Of a stretch of 64,000 nucleotides of DNA, positions 50,579 to 59,786 are shown piece after piece. Location: NCBI GenBank assembly GCA_022764445.1, contig JALERT010000107.1, positions 5,154 through 69,153 on the forward strand, read 5' to 3'. Within the stretch, counting starts at the first letter, position 1, and each line of letters starts with the position of its first letter. A program made the position numbers and the translations under genes. Origin of the DNA: Lachnospiraceae bacterium (GTDB taxonomy: Bacteria; Bacillota; Clostridia; Lachnospirales; Lachnospiraceae). The notes under the pieces are model-generated. The model ran no database searches, was not told the DNA's origin, and was given only the letters and a program-made list of their open reading frames with translations.

Positions 50579-50887
50579 TTATTTAGGTTCAAATATAATC
50601 TCATCTTTATGGATAAGACCAAGTTTGTCCCTTGCTACTTCCTCAGTATACTCATCTGAATCCACATACTTTTCAAACTTCTTTAACTCCTTTGTACGAT
50701 CATCAGCTTCTGCTTTTTCTTTCTTAAGTTCTGCTATCTGCTTAGAATATTCCCTGCTCTGTGCATTAAGTTCAGCCTTCTTATATAATAATGTACCACA
50801 AAGAACCGTACAAAGCACTATAACTCCGAAAACAGTATACTTACTTATTCTTTTTTTGCGATTAGTTTTATATCTTTTACGTGCCAT
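50579..50887 (-). CDS. divIC: Septum formation initiator DivIC/FtsB
   Basis: Single TM, coiled coil, EEVARDKLGL...EIIF; follows yabQ. Confidence 0.82.
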   Translation of the reverse strand: MARKRYKTNRKKRISKYTVFGVIVLCTVLCGTLLYKKAELNAQSREYSKQIAELKKEKAEADDRTKELKKFEKYVDSDEYTEEVARDKLGLIHKDEIIFEPK

Positions 50888-50946
50888 AAAATTCCTCCAA
50901 ACGTCCGTTCTATAAGGGTTCCCGTCATCTACAAAGTACTAATATT

Positions 50947-51273
50947 TTACACCTTTTTTACAAATTTATCAATGATTTTTTTAACCAGTATACGCAACGG
51001 ACGACTTATCCCGACATAATATATGTATGCTCCACATATTATCATCAATATACCATACCACCTTATATCACCATCGTTAAAATAAAAGAATACATAGAAT
51101 ACCGGTACAGCAGCAATGCACCAGTATAATATATCCTCAACCCACTTAACGATTGTATTATGTCTGAATAAAAATCTTATAAGTCTTACTGCCTCATATC
51201 CTGCCATTACAAGCATACCACTGCACAATGATGCAAGGAGAAACAAAACCTGTCCATGTATAATCTGGCTCAT
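50947..51273 (-). CDS. yabQ: Spore cortex protein YabQ
   Basis: Hydrophobic, EDILYW, NDG.IR.Y; coupled to yabP. Confidence 0.85.
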   Translation of the reverse strand: MSQIIHGQVLFLLASLCSGMLVMAGYEAVRLIRFLFRHNTIVKWVEDILYWCIAAVPVFYVFFYFNDGDIRWYGILMIICGAYIYYVGISRPLRILVKKIIDKFVKKV

Positions 51274-51569
51274 TGAAACATCCTTCCTAAAAATGAAGCT
51301 GCTTTCTTTGAAGTTTCTTCTCTGTCTGAGTATGCCAGACTGTCAATACGTCCATCCACATCTACCTCGCCCTTTTCCAGCGAAAGCCTGTTAACATGAA
51401 GTTCATCGCCCTTAATTAGTAAAATTCCCTGTTCAGTTTCAAGATAAACCTCTTTAGCATCAAATGACAGTACATCTCTCACTCCTGACAACACAGCCGT
51501 CTTTCTTGCATTAAGATAAACTTTATGTACACCTGTCCTCTGCCTCTCTTCTGTCCTTCTATCCTCCAT
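51270..51569 (-). CDS. yabP: Sporulation protein YabP
   Basis: SGVRDVLSFD..EV.LET..G.L.IKG..LHV.RL.LE.G; start MEDRR after GGAG. Confidence 0.9.
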   Translation of the reverse strand: MEDRRTEERQRTGVHKVYLNARKTAVLSGVRDVLSFDAKEVYLETEQGILLIKGDELHVNRLSLEKGEVDVDGRIDSLAYSDREETSKKAASFLGRMFQ

Positions 51570-51636
51570 AAAAAAACTCCCTTCATTCATATTGTGAGAT
51601 ATATTAAAGACTGCAGCTTTAACATAACACTAACAC

Positions 51637-51665
51637 AATATATGAGGGAGTTTCTTATTTTATGA
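51637..51665 (-). promoter_or_regulatory. sigma-E-type promoter of yabPQ
   Basis: Minus strand TCATA-N16-CATATATT. Confidence 0.55.
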
Positions 51666-51905
51666 TTAAAGCATCCTGTATAATTCCTTTGCCTCATCCT
51701 TTTTATATGTCTCTTCAAGACTAAGTACTTCCACTTTAACCTGTTTATCACCAAATCCTATCTCGATAATATCGCCGACCTTTACATTAAGTGAAGCCTT
51801 GGCAACCTTATCATTAACCTTGATTCGTCCTGCATCGCATGCCTCATTGGCAACAGGTCTTCTCTTAATAAGTCTTGATACTTTAAGATATTTGTCAAGT
51901 CTCAT
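51666..51905 (-). CDS. yabO: S4-domain RNA-binding protein (YabO/RqcP)
   Basis: MRLDKYLKVSRLIKRR.VA.EAC..GR; between hup and yabP. Confidence 0.9.
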   Translation of the reverse strand: MRLDKYLKVSRLIKRRPVANEACDAGRIKVNDKVAKASLNVKVGDIIEIGFGDKQVKVEVLSLEETYKKDEAKELYRML

Positions 51906-52053
51906 AATCTTTCCTCCAATACGTTATCTAAGTTACAGCTGAAGAAAATGCTCGGTGTAAACTGTAACTTCTCTAATATTGTTCCTATATACAAATGAAG
52001 GCTGTTCTCCAAAAGAACAGCCTGCTAAATGCCATAAACAAATAATTTATATA

Positions 52054-52329
52054 TTACTCATTAACTGCATCCTTTAAAGCCTTACCAGCCTTAAACTTAG
52101 GAGCCTTAGAAGCCTTTATCTGCATCTTCTCACCTGTAAGTGGATTTCTGCCTTCCCTTGCAGCTCTTTCAGATACTTCAAAAGTACCAAAGCCAACTAA
52201 CTGAATCTTCTCATCTTTCTTTAATTCTTCTGTAACAACATCGATAAATGCTTTTAAAGCTTTCTCAGCATCTTTCTTAGAAAGTTCTGACTTTTCAGCC
52301 ATAGCTGATACTAATTCTGTTTTGTTCAT
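52054..52329 (-). CDS. hup: DNA-binding protein HU
   Basis: MNKTEL, GFGTF, GRNPLTGE, PKFKAGK.LK. Confidence 0.96.
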   Translation of the reverse strand: MNKTELVSAMAEKSELSKKDAEKALKAFIDVVTEELKKDEKIQLVGFGTFEVSERAAREGRNPLTGEKMQIKASKAPKFKAGKALKDAVNE

Positions 52330-52444
52330 GGATAAATCCTCCTCAATAATTATTCCGTAAAAAATACTACAAATCTATTTATACCCTCATTATAGCCATT
52401 TGTCAAGGATTTTAGGTCATTCTGTTACAGTTCAGCCATATTAA

Positions 52445-52990
52445 TCACTGCTCCATCTGCCTTCCCAAAAAACCGGCTGCAGCAAGAGCGAGCTTTCTCT
52501 CCGTATCCCCAAATGCATTTCTTCTTTCTTTTGTCAGAAGAATAACTGAGCCGACTGCATCACCTTCACATATTATAGGGGCGATCATCTGATATGAAAA
52601 CCTTTCCGTCTCTCCCGCTATCTGACAATACCCATTATCCTGGGATGAAGCAAGTATTACATCTCTCTCATTAATCGCATCCTCAAGCTCCTTACTTATT
52701 GATTTATTAAGAAGTTCTTTCCTTGCCGCCTGAGAAGCAGCTATTATAGTATCTCTGTCTGATACCGCTACAATATATCCTGTAGTCTGTGCCAGGGAAT
52801 CAGCATATTGTGATGCAAATGTATTAATATTACCTATCATGGAATATTTCTTAAGGATAACTTCTCCTTCTTTGTCCGTATATACCTCCAGAGGATCACC
52901 TTCACGTATACGCAGCATACGTCTTATCTCTTTAGGGATTACCACACGTCCAAGATCATCTATTCTTCGTACAATTCCTGTTGCTTTCAT
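52445..52990 (-). CDS. spoVT: Stage V sporulation protein T
   Basis: MKATGIVRRIDDLGRVVIPKEIRR AbrB domain plus GAF-like domain ending FLGRQME. Confidence 0.94.
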   Translation of the reverse strand: MKATGIVRRIDDLGRVVIPKEIRRMLRIREGDPLEVYTDKEGEVILKKYSMIGNINTFASQYADSLAQTTGYIVAVSDRDTIIAASQAARKELLNKSISKELEDAINERDVILASSQDNGYCQIAGETERFSYQMIAPIICEGDAVGSVILLTKERRNAFGDTERKLALAAAGFLGRQMEQ

Positions 52991-53029
52991 ATAAAATTGC
53001 CTCCATTTACAAATATTCTAATTTGATTC

Positions 53030-53058
53030 TAGTATCTGTAAAGGATAAAATTTTATAC
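53030..53058 (-). promoter_or_regulatory. Forespore (sigma-G/F-type) promoter of spoVT
   Basis: Minus strand GTATA-N17-GATACTA. Confidence 0.5.
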
Positions 53059-53104
53059 CACAAAAACCAAAAACAGGCTCTTCTACTATTTACTTCCACG
53101 CGCT

Positions 53105-53554
53105 TTATTCTTTACTCAAAAACTTTTCCCACTCCTGGGTATCATGTGAAGCCTTAACCTTTATCATATATGAATCCTCATCACCATCTATATAAATAGT
53201 ATATATATCATTTTCCTTTGTGATTTCGTATATATATCTGTCTTCCATCTCTTTTAAAGTCTTATCATACTCAGATGATTCTACAGTTGTATCCTCTCTT
53301 TCTTCCTGAAGAACACCATCTGCATCATATATCTTGCATCCTTCAAGTATAAACTCCTCTACAACTGCGTCATTTAACTTAAGTACAAGCTCGTTTGTCC
53401 TCATTTCCCTTATATCTCTATTACATGAATTAGACGGAAGTATCTTAACATCATCAAGCACGGCTATAAAATGTCCATTCCTTCTCTCCATCGACGTAAC
53501 ATGTGCATCCTTGAAATCAAATCCATTAAATTCATCTACTGTTCTATAACCCAT
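53105..53554 (-). CDS. Hypothetical acidic protein
   Basis: Clean ORF with AGGAG RBS before MGYRTV; no recognised motif. Confidence 0.6.
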   Translation of the reverse strand: MGYRTVDEFNGFDFKDAHVTSMERRNGHFIAVLDDVKILPSNSCNRDIREMRTNELVLKLNDAVVEEFILEGCKIYDADGVLQEEREDTTVESSEYDKTLKEMEDRYIYEITKENDIYTIYIDGDEDSYMIKVKASHDTQEWEKFLSKE

Positions 53555-53635
53555 TTTTACTCTCCTTTTCATACATTTTTTCTCGAAATCTCTCTTGTAC
53601 CTGTTTTTAAGGCTGATTTTCCGCCAGATTAACAG

Positions 53636-54934
53636 TTACTCTCCTTTTATCTCATTAAAAGTTTCTCTGTCTAATGATCCGTTCTGGTGCGCGATTATGG
53701 CTGTGCATACAGCATCACCTGTTATATTGACTGCCGTACGTGTCATATCAATTATTCTGTCTATTCCCATTATAAGTGCTATAGCTTCTACCGGAAGTCC
53801 TACAGAATTAAATACCATAGACAAAGTTATAAGACCAACACCGGGAACACCTGCAGTTCCTATGGATGCCAGCGTAGCCGTTGCTATAACCGTCAGATAC
53901 TGCTCCAGACCGAGTGTTATACCATAAGCCTGTGCCGCAAAAATAACGGCAACGCCCTGCATGATAGCCGTACCATCCATATTGATAGTTGCACCAAGTG
54001 GTACGGTAAATGAAGATATCTTACGTGATATACCCATATCTCGTTCAAGAGTCTCTATTGATAACGGAATAGTCGCATTAGAAGTAGCTGTGGTAAATGC
54101 AAAGCCCATTACCGGTATAAATTTTCTTATAAATTTAACAGGACTAAGACTGGTAAAACCTTTAAAAAGAATCATATAAATTATGAAACAGTGTATGCCA
54201 AGTGCCAGAAGCACCGCAAACATGTATTTTAAAAGCGGGAAAAATGCATTAAATCCGATGCCTGCAAATGTCCTCGCAATAAGGCAGAATACCCCCACAG
54301 GTGCAGCCTTCATAACGATATCGGTCATTTCCATCATTATATCATTAAACTGCTTAAAAAAGTCAATAACTGTTCCTGCATTACTTCCAAGTTTTGCCAG
54401 AATTATTCCGATAAATATTGCAAAAATAATGATTGGAAGCATATCACCATCTGCAAGTGATGCTATGGGATTCTTAGGTATTACATTTAGAATAGTCTCC
54501 TGAATGCTAACCGTCTCCGAGACAGATATATCTTCTGCTTTAATGTGGGCGGTATCAAGACCGGTTCCCGGATTTATTACTCCACCTACGACTATAGCCA
54601 TAGTTATGGCAAGTGCTGTGGTAGCAAGATAGAATACCATGGTCTTAAGACCAATCTTTCCAAGTGTTGCTGTATCCCCTACAGCAGCACTTCCACAAAT
54701 AAGCGATGAAAAAACAAGTGGAACCACCAGCATCTGCATAAGGCGTAGAAATCCCTGTCCCAGCACGTAAAAAATACCATCTATAAATAACGTATCCCTT
54801 ACATATCCTGCCGGTACCAGATAGTGAAATACTATTCCTGTCAGAGCACCGGCAATAAGTGACAAAAAAATCAAAGAAGTAAGACTGAAGTGTTTCTTCT
54901 CTTTATCTTGATTTAATTTTTTACTTTCCTGCAT
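53636..54934 (-). CDS. Dicarboxylate/amino acid:cation symporter (DAACS)
   Basis: FLRLMQMLVVPLV, PLGATINMDG, GTAGVPG, DR..DM.RT.VN.TGD. Confidence 0.93.
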   Translation of the reverse strand: MQESKKLNQDKEKKHFSLTSLIFLSLIAGALTGIVFHYLVPAGYVRDTLFIDGIFYVLGQGFLRLMQMLVVPLVFSSLICGSAAVGDTATLGKIGLKTMVFYLATTALAITMAIVVGGVINPGTGLDTAHIKAEDISVSETVSIQETILNVIPKNPIASLADGDMLPIIIFAIFIGIILAKLGSNAGTVIDFFKQFNDIMMEMTDIVMKAAPVGVFCLIARTFAGIGFNAFFPLLKYMFAVLLALGIHCFIIYMILFKGFTSLSPVKFIRKFIPVMGFAFTTATSNATIPLSIETLERDMGISRKISSFTVPLGATINMDGTAIMQGVAVIFAAQAYGITLGLEQYLTVIATATLASIGTAGVPGVGLITLSMVFNSVGLPVEAIALIMGIDRIIDMTRTAVNITGDAVCTAIIAHQNGSLDRETFNEIKGE

Positions 54935-55047
54935 TTTACATAAGATCCTTTCTTGAGAGTAATATATGTTTGGAACCTGATTCTTTATCTACTCATATAT
55001 TCCCCGACAGGTTCATTAATATACATTTATTACCCTCAAAGGATCTG

Positions 55048-55671
55048 TTATATCCGCCATTTATCTGTAGATTTCTCTCTCAATATTCTTATCTGACACG
55101 ATTTCATTGCTGATATGGCATTATCATGTGATTCGGGTGTTGTTCCTGCACAACACGATGCATCAACTTCTATAATCTTTTCAGGATAAAACGTCTTAAG
55201 AAGTATAGCATTTGATATAACACATATATCCGTACAAATGCCGACAAGCTCTATCTCATCATAGTCCTTTACAAATTTTGGAAGTTCAAGGCTTCCAAAA
55301 GTATTTTTTTCAATAACCTTAACTTTTTTAGTATCTATAGTAACTTCCTGTTTGGAATCCGTATGTTTCTTTTTACTATCCTTTTTATTAATATCTTCTT
55401 TATTCCCGGGTAAAAATACCGCAAGCTCCTTTACAATATTCCATCCATCCGTTCCCTTAATGCAATGTTTGACAGGAAGATTTTCTCCCTCCCTTGTCTT
55501 AAGATAATCTTCACCATGTGTATCCATTGTGAAAATAAGCCCGTCTCCCATCTCAATACACTTCTCAATCTTTTTTCTGACACGCGATACAATTCCAAAT
55601 GCGTGGGCACTTCCAAGAGAACCATCCACAAAATCATTCTGCATGTCAACAACCACCAATACCTTGCTCAT
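55048..55671 (-). CDS. Isochorismatase/nicotinamidase-family cysteine hydrolase
   Basis: VVDMQNDF, DTH, HC..GT.GW, K.TF, GICTDICV; start MSKVL after GGGGAG. Confidence 0.88.
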   Translation of the reverse strand: MSKVLVVVDMQNDFVDGSLGSAHAFGIVSRVRKKIEKCIEMGDGLIFTMDTHGEDYLKTREGENLPVKHCIKGTDGWNIVKELAVFLPGNKEDINKKDSKKKHTDSKQEVTIDTKKVKVIEKNTFGSLELPKFVKDYDEIELVGICTDICVISNAILLKTFYPEKIIEVDASCCAGTTPESHDNAISAMKSCQIRILREKSTDKWRI

Positions 55672-55870
55672 ATTTACTCCCCCTATACCATACAGTGCAC
55701 ATCTGTGATTTTCTATTGCCCTATAGTTATAGTTCACGCCTAACATAGTGTGAACTGTAACATGTTATATAAATAATATCGTAACTTAATCTAAAAAAAT
55801 GATACTTAACACACTAAAGAATATCTGATATCATAACGATATTATTATATAAGATAATTAATAAAATATT

Positions 55871-55952
55871 GTAACAGTTCAGCCATATAATAATAGATAT
55901 TATTCGAGCTTGCTCGATATACTATCTGTTATTCATATGGTAGAACTGTTAC
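55871..55952. repeat. Miniature inverted-repeat element, family B
   Basis: GTAACAGTTCAGCCATAT...ATATGGTAGAACTGTTAC with central CGAGCTTGCTCG. Related copies at 20867-20911, 21775-21858, 51931-51969, 52424-52440, 55726-55761, 61241-61256, 19835-19849, 18630-18653. Confidence 0.75.
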
Positions 55953-55982
55953 TAATTATTCAATAAAGAAAGGAGAATTTTC

Positions 55983-56498
55983 ATGGCTATAACTCCGGTT
56001 ACTTCAAAAAGTTACAATCTGATTCTTCGTAACTACTACTCAGGCAATAGAAAGGCAGTTAAAAAAAGCGACAGAGAAGCAATCCCAAATAATGATCTTA
56101 TAAAGGCAGATTCTGCTGCTGTCAAAAAAGTATCGGATGCTCTTCGCAAAATGAAGTATTCAAAAGATACCGAAGATGATATATATTCCAGCGTAAAATC
56201 ATTTATTAGTACATACAACAATCTTATAACAACAACTGATAAATGTGACGATTATTCAATAAGTCATCAGAAAAAACTTCTTAAGAATCTTACTACAAGC
56301 CAAAAAGAAGCATTATCAGATATCGGGATAAATATCAAAGCATCAGGTAAACTTGAACTAAAAGAACAAACACTTCTTGAAGCATCACCATCAAAAATTG
56401 GAGCTATTTTTTCCGACAGCAGTGATTTCACCCAGAAGGTGACTTTCTATGCCGGAAAGATATATAAGGCGGCTCGTCATATAAACACATTGGTATAA
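55983..56498 (+). CDS. Hypothetical protein resembling the FliD C-terminal helical region
   Basis: VKSFISTYNNLI and LSDIGI.IK.SGKL.L resemble FliD_C; possible sigma-28-like promoter TAAA-N16-AACGATAT at 55815-55842. Confidence 0.5.
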   Translation: MAITPVTSKSYNLILRNYYSGNRKAVKKSDREAIPNNDLIKADSAAVKKVSDALRKMKYSKDTEDDIYSSVKSFISTYNNLITTTDKCDDYSISHQKKLLKNLTTSQKEALSDIGINIKASGKLELKEQTLLEASPSKIGAIFSDSSDFTQKVTFYAGKIYKAARHINTLV

Positions 56499-56573
56499 GT
56501 AATATTTACATGATAAAAGTATTTGCATCTCTATGAACCCTTTATACACTTTAGACAAAATTTTCTATAATGC

Positions 56574-56634
56574 AAGAAAGTGTCTTTCGACTGACCACTT
56601 ACCCGTCAAGTCAAAAGACACTTTCTTTTTATTT
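56574..56634. terminator. Terminator between the convergent 55983 gene and rplA
   Basis: AAGAAAGTGTCTTT...AAAGACACTTTCTT followed by a T tract. Confidence 0.7.
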
Positions 56635-56673
56635 TAAGGAAATCTGTTCATTGTCAATATAAGACAACATATA

Positions 56674-57366
56674 TTAAACAAGCTTAGCTACATTGAGTTT
56701 AACTCCAGGTCCCATAGTGTTTGTTAATGTAACACTTCTGTAATACTGGCCTTTAGCAGATGCTGGCTTAGCCTTTGTGATAGCTGCGATTAATGTGTTA
56801 ACATTTTCAACTAACTGCTCTTCTGTGAAAGAAGCCTTTCCAACAGGGCAGTGAACAATATTAGCCTTATCAAGTCTGTATTCGATCTTACCAGCCTTGA
56901 TATCATTAACAGCCTTAGTTACATCCATAGTAACTGTTCCAGCCTTAGGGTTTGGCATTAATCCCTTAGGTCCGAGTACACGACCAAGACGACCTACAAC
57001 ACCCATCATGTCAGGAGTAGCTACAACAACGTCGAATTCAAACCATCCTTCATTCTGGATCTTAGGAATTAATTCCTCTCCACCTGCGTAATCAGCACCT
57101 GCTGCTAAAGCTTCATCAACCTTATCACCCTTAGCAAATACAAGTACTCTTACTTTCTTACCAGTTCCGTGTGGAAGTACAACTGCACCACGAATCTGCT
57201 GATCTGCATGACGACCATCTACACCAAGTCTGATGTGAGCTTCTACTGTCTCATCAAAATTGGCAACAGCTGTCTTCTTAACTAAGCTAACAGCTTCTTC
57301 AACATCATACTGCTGAGTTCTGTCGATTAACTTAGCAGCCTCTACGTATTTCTTTCCTCTTTTCAT
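56674..57366 (-). CDS. rplA: 50S ribosomal protein L1
   Basis: [32 protein letters not shown]. Confidence 0.98.
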   Translation of the reverse strand: MKRGKKYVEAAKLIDRTQQYDVEEAVSLVKKTAVANFDETVEAHIRLGVDGRHADQQIRGAVVLPHGTGKKVRVLVFAKGDKVDEALAAGADYAGGEELIPKIQNEGWFEFDVVVATPDMMGVVGRLGRVLGPKGLMPNPKAGTVTMDVTKAVNDIKAGKIEYRLDKANIVHCPVGKASFTEEQLVENVNTLIAAITKAKPASAKGQYYRSVTLTNTMGPGVKLNVAKLV

Positions 57367-57380
57367 AATATAACCTCCTG

Positions 57381-57429
57381 GTGGTAGTAACGGCGGGTTC
57401 TATGACACTTATCATGTGTCGCCTCCCAC
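57381..57429 (-). promoter_or_regulatory. L1-binding autoregulatory RNA element between rplK and rplA
   Basis: Minus strand GTGGGAGGCG...CGCCGTTACTACCAC helix with asymmetric bulge, directly before the rplA RBS AGGAGG. Confidence 0.65.
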
Positions 57430-57474
57430 ATCGTTCAAAACAATAACAAATCTTCTTTATGCGATTAATTCCGA

Positions 57475-57900
57475 TTACTCTTCTACAGTAACACCCATAC
57501 TTCTTGCAGTACCTGCAATCATTGACATAGCTGCTTCAAGAGTTGCTGCATTTAAATCAGGCATCTTTGTTTCTGCGATTTCCTTGATTTTCTCTTTTGA
57601 GATAGTAGCAACTTTATTTTTATTAGGAACACCTGAACCAGACTTGATATTGCAGGCTTTCTTAATAAGAACTGGAGCTGGAGGAGTCTTTGTAATAAAG
57701 CTAAAGCTCTTATCCTGATATACAGTGATAACTACAGGAATAATCATACCTTCCTGTCCAGCTGTCTTAGCGTTGAACTCCTTAGTAAACTGTACAATGT
57801 TAACTCCGTGCTGACCAAGAGCAGGACCAACAGGTGGTGCTGGTGTTGCCTTTGCTGCAGGAATCTGTAATTTAATATATCCTTCGACTTTTTTAGCCAT
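57475..57900 (-). CDS. rplK: 50S ribosomal protein L11
   Basis: [26 protein letters not shown]. Confidence 0.98.
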   Translation of the reverse strand: MAKKVEGYIKLQIPAAKATPAPPVGPALGQHGVNIVQFTKEFNAKTAGQEGMIIPVVITVYQDKSFSFITKTPPAPVLIKKACNIKSGSGVPNKNKVATISKEKIKEIAETKMPDLNAATLEAAMSMIAGTARSMGVTVEE

Positions 57901-57946
57901 TTCTAAGTACCTCCTATAAATATACCGGGACTAAATCCCATTTCAT

Positions 57947-58465
57947 TTAAACAGCTTCTATATCATTGAAACTGATTTCTACCGGTGTCTCACGACCAAA
58001 CATATCGATATTGATCGTAACCGTTTTGTTCTGATGATCTATCTGACGCACAATACCAGTTGTATCTTCCCAGACACCAGACTTAACAACCACAGAATCA
58101 CCAATACTAAACGGAGCCTTAGGAGCATCAGTTTTAAGTCCCATACTCGCTATCTCCTCATCTGTAAGTGGAACCGGCTTAGATCCCGGGCCAACGAAAC
58201 CTGTTACGCCTCGTGTATTACGTACAACATACCATGTATCGTCATTCATATACATCTTGAGAAGTACATATGCCGGAAACATCTTCTGCTGAACAATCTT
58301 GTCCGCATCATCTTCCTTAGCCACATTTAACATCGGTACCGATACCTCAAGGATCTGATCCTGAAGATTACGGTTCTCGATAGTCTTCTCAATGTCCATC
58401 TTAACTTTATTCTCATAGCCTGAGTAGGTATGAGCTACATACCAGTGTGGTTCTGTATCTGCCAT
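57947..58465 (-). CDS. nusG: Transcription factor NusG
   Basis: WYVAHTYSGYENKV, VRNT.GVTGFVG, FGRETPVE. Confidence 0.97.
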   Translation of the reverse strand: MADTEPHWYVAHTYSGYENKVKMDIEKTIENRNLQDQILEVSVPMLNVAKEDDADKIVQQKMFPAYVLLKMYMNDDTWYVVRNTRGVTGFVGPGSKPVPLTDEEIASMGLKTDAPKAPFSIGDSVVVKSGVWEDTTGIVRQIDHQNKTVTINIDMFGRETPVEISFNDIEAV

Positions 58466-58476
58466 AGTCTATCACC

Positions 58477-58773
58477 TTATCCTATCTGAAGAATCTTATC
58501 AAGGCCTGTCTTGATTACAAAATCAAGAAGTGCAATGATAGCGCCTAAAATAACTGTTACAATAACCACTGCTGTGGTTTCTTTGACAACCGTATCCTTA
58601 TCAGGCCAGATAATTCTGTTAAACTCAGCTTTAAGAGCCTGAATACGACCGCCTTTTGCTTTTGCAGTTTTGTCTTTCTTACCTGCTTTTTCTTCTTTTG
58701 CAGTCTTCTCTGTCTTTTCTGCTTTCTTTGGTGTGTTCTGTTCCACAACTTCTTTGTTTTCAGAATCTCCCAT
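58477..58773 (-). CDS. secE: Preprotein translocase SecE
   Basis: KAEF.RIIWP then one TM; upstream of nusG. Confidence 0.92.
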   Translation of the reverse strand: MGDSENKEVVEQNTPKKAEKTEKTAKEEKAGKKDKTAKAKGGRIQALKAEFNRIIWPDKDTVVKETTAVVIVTVILGAIIALLDFVIKTGLDKILQIG

Positions 58774-58830
58774 ATTTTACCTCTCTCTTCTCATATACAA
58801 ATGAGACATAATCCCCTTATCAGAGTGAAA

Positions 58831-58980
58831 TTATTTTGTCTCTTTGTGTAATGTATGCTTTCTACAGAATCTGCAATACTTCTTAGTTTCCATTCTATCC
58901 GGATGATTTCTCTTTTCCTTAGTAGTATCGTAGTTACGCTGCTTGCATTCTGTACATGCTAAAGTAATCTTTACTCTCAC
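58831..58980 (-). CDS. rpmG: 50S ribosomal protein L33 (zinc-ribbon form)
   Basis: Not in track; manual translation from [62 protein letters not shown]. Confidence 0.96.
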   Translation of the reverse strand: MRVKITLACTECKQRNYDTTKEKRNHPDRMETKKYCRFCRKHTLHKETK

Positions 58981-59138
58981 GGTTTTCACCTCCATATATT
59001 AATCTGCTTCCACAGTGTCAACAAATCAGAAATTTGTGCATAAAAAAAAGACCTGTTAAATTGCCTATCAAATATATCATAAAACATGGTGTAAAGTCAA
59101 GAACAATTTCTTGATTTACCCAAACTTTTATCATAAAA

Positions 59139-59292
59139 TAAATTAAAGTGAAGTACATGATGACAGCAAGTGTCAGGTTTGCATCTGAACATTAACCATA
59201 AAATGAGTTACAGTATAATTTAATTATTGGTTCATAACGGTAGCAAATGACAGGCTTGTGTCCAAACATTAACCATAAAATGAATTACAGTA
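59139..59292. repeat. Two-copy tandem duplication, 77-bp period
   Basis: AGCAAgTGtCAGGtTTG...AACATTAACCATAAAATGAgTTACAGTA at 59165-59215 recurs at 59242-59292, with weaker similarity extending upstream. Confidence 0.7.
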
Positions 59293-59338
59293 AGATGAAA
59301 ATGTTCAATAAAGAATTAAGGAAAGAATAAATTTAGAT

Positions 59339-59785
59339 ATGAATGATATTATAAATAAAAACAGTAAAAGAAAGACATCCTCTAAAAAAACAAGTACAAC
59401 TACAACAAGCAGAACAAAATTAAATAAAAACGACATTCTACTTATAATAATAGTTCTTGTCATATCATTATGTGCACTTATAGGATACAGACTCTTCTAT
59501 CACCAGTCAGGAAGCTTTGTACAGGTCACAGTAGATGGAAAGGTATATAAAGAACTTCCTCTTGATGAGGATAACATAATTATAATAGAAGGAAAAGGCG
59601 GTACCAATAAGCTCAGTATACACAATGGATATGCCGATATGACTGACGCTGACTGTCCTGATAAGCTGTGTGTAAAGCAAAAAAAAATCCACTACAATGG
59701 GGAATCACTTATATGTCTTCCCCATAAAGTAGTGGTAACTGTCATATCCGACAAAGAAAGCCAGCTTGACGGAATTGCTTCATAA
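59339..59785 (+). CDS. NusG domain II-containing membrane-anchored protein (DUF1312-like)
   Basis: TM, then V.VDGK, N...I..G, A.CPDKLCV, ICLPHKV. Confidence 0.82.
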   Translation: MNDIINKNSKRKTSSKKTSTTTTSRTKLNKNDILLIIIVLVISLCALIGYRLFYHQSGSFVQVTVDGKVYKELPLDEDNIIIIEGKGGTNKLSIHNGYADMTDADCPDKLCVKQKKIHYNGESLICLPHKVVVTVISDKESQLDGIAS

Positions 59786-59786
59786 C

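Noticed and set aside
59165..59292. Possible mini CRISPR array (core AACATTAACCATAAAATG loosely resembles clostridial type I-B repeats)
   Set aside because: Only two copies, similarity extends across the supposed spacer, and no cas genes; better explained as a tandem duplication.
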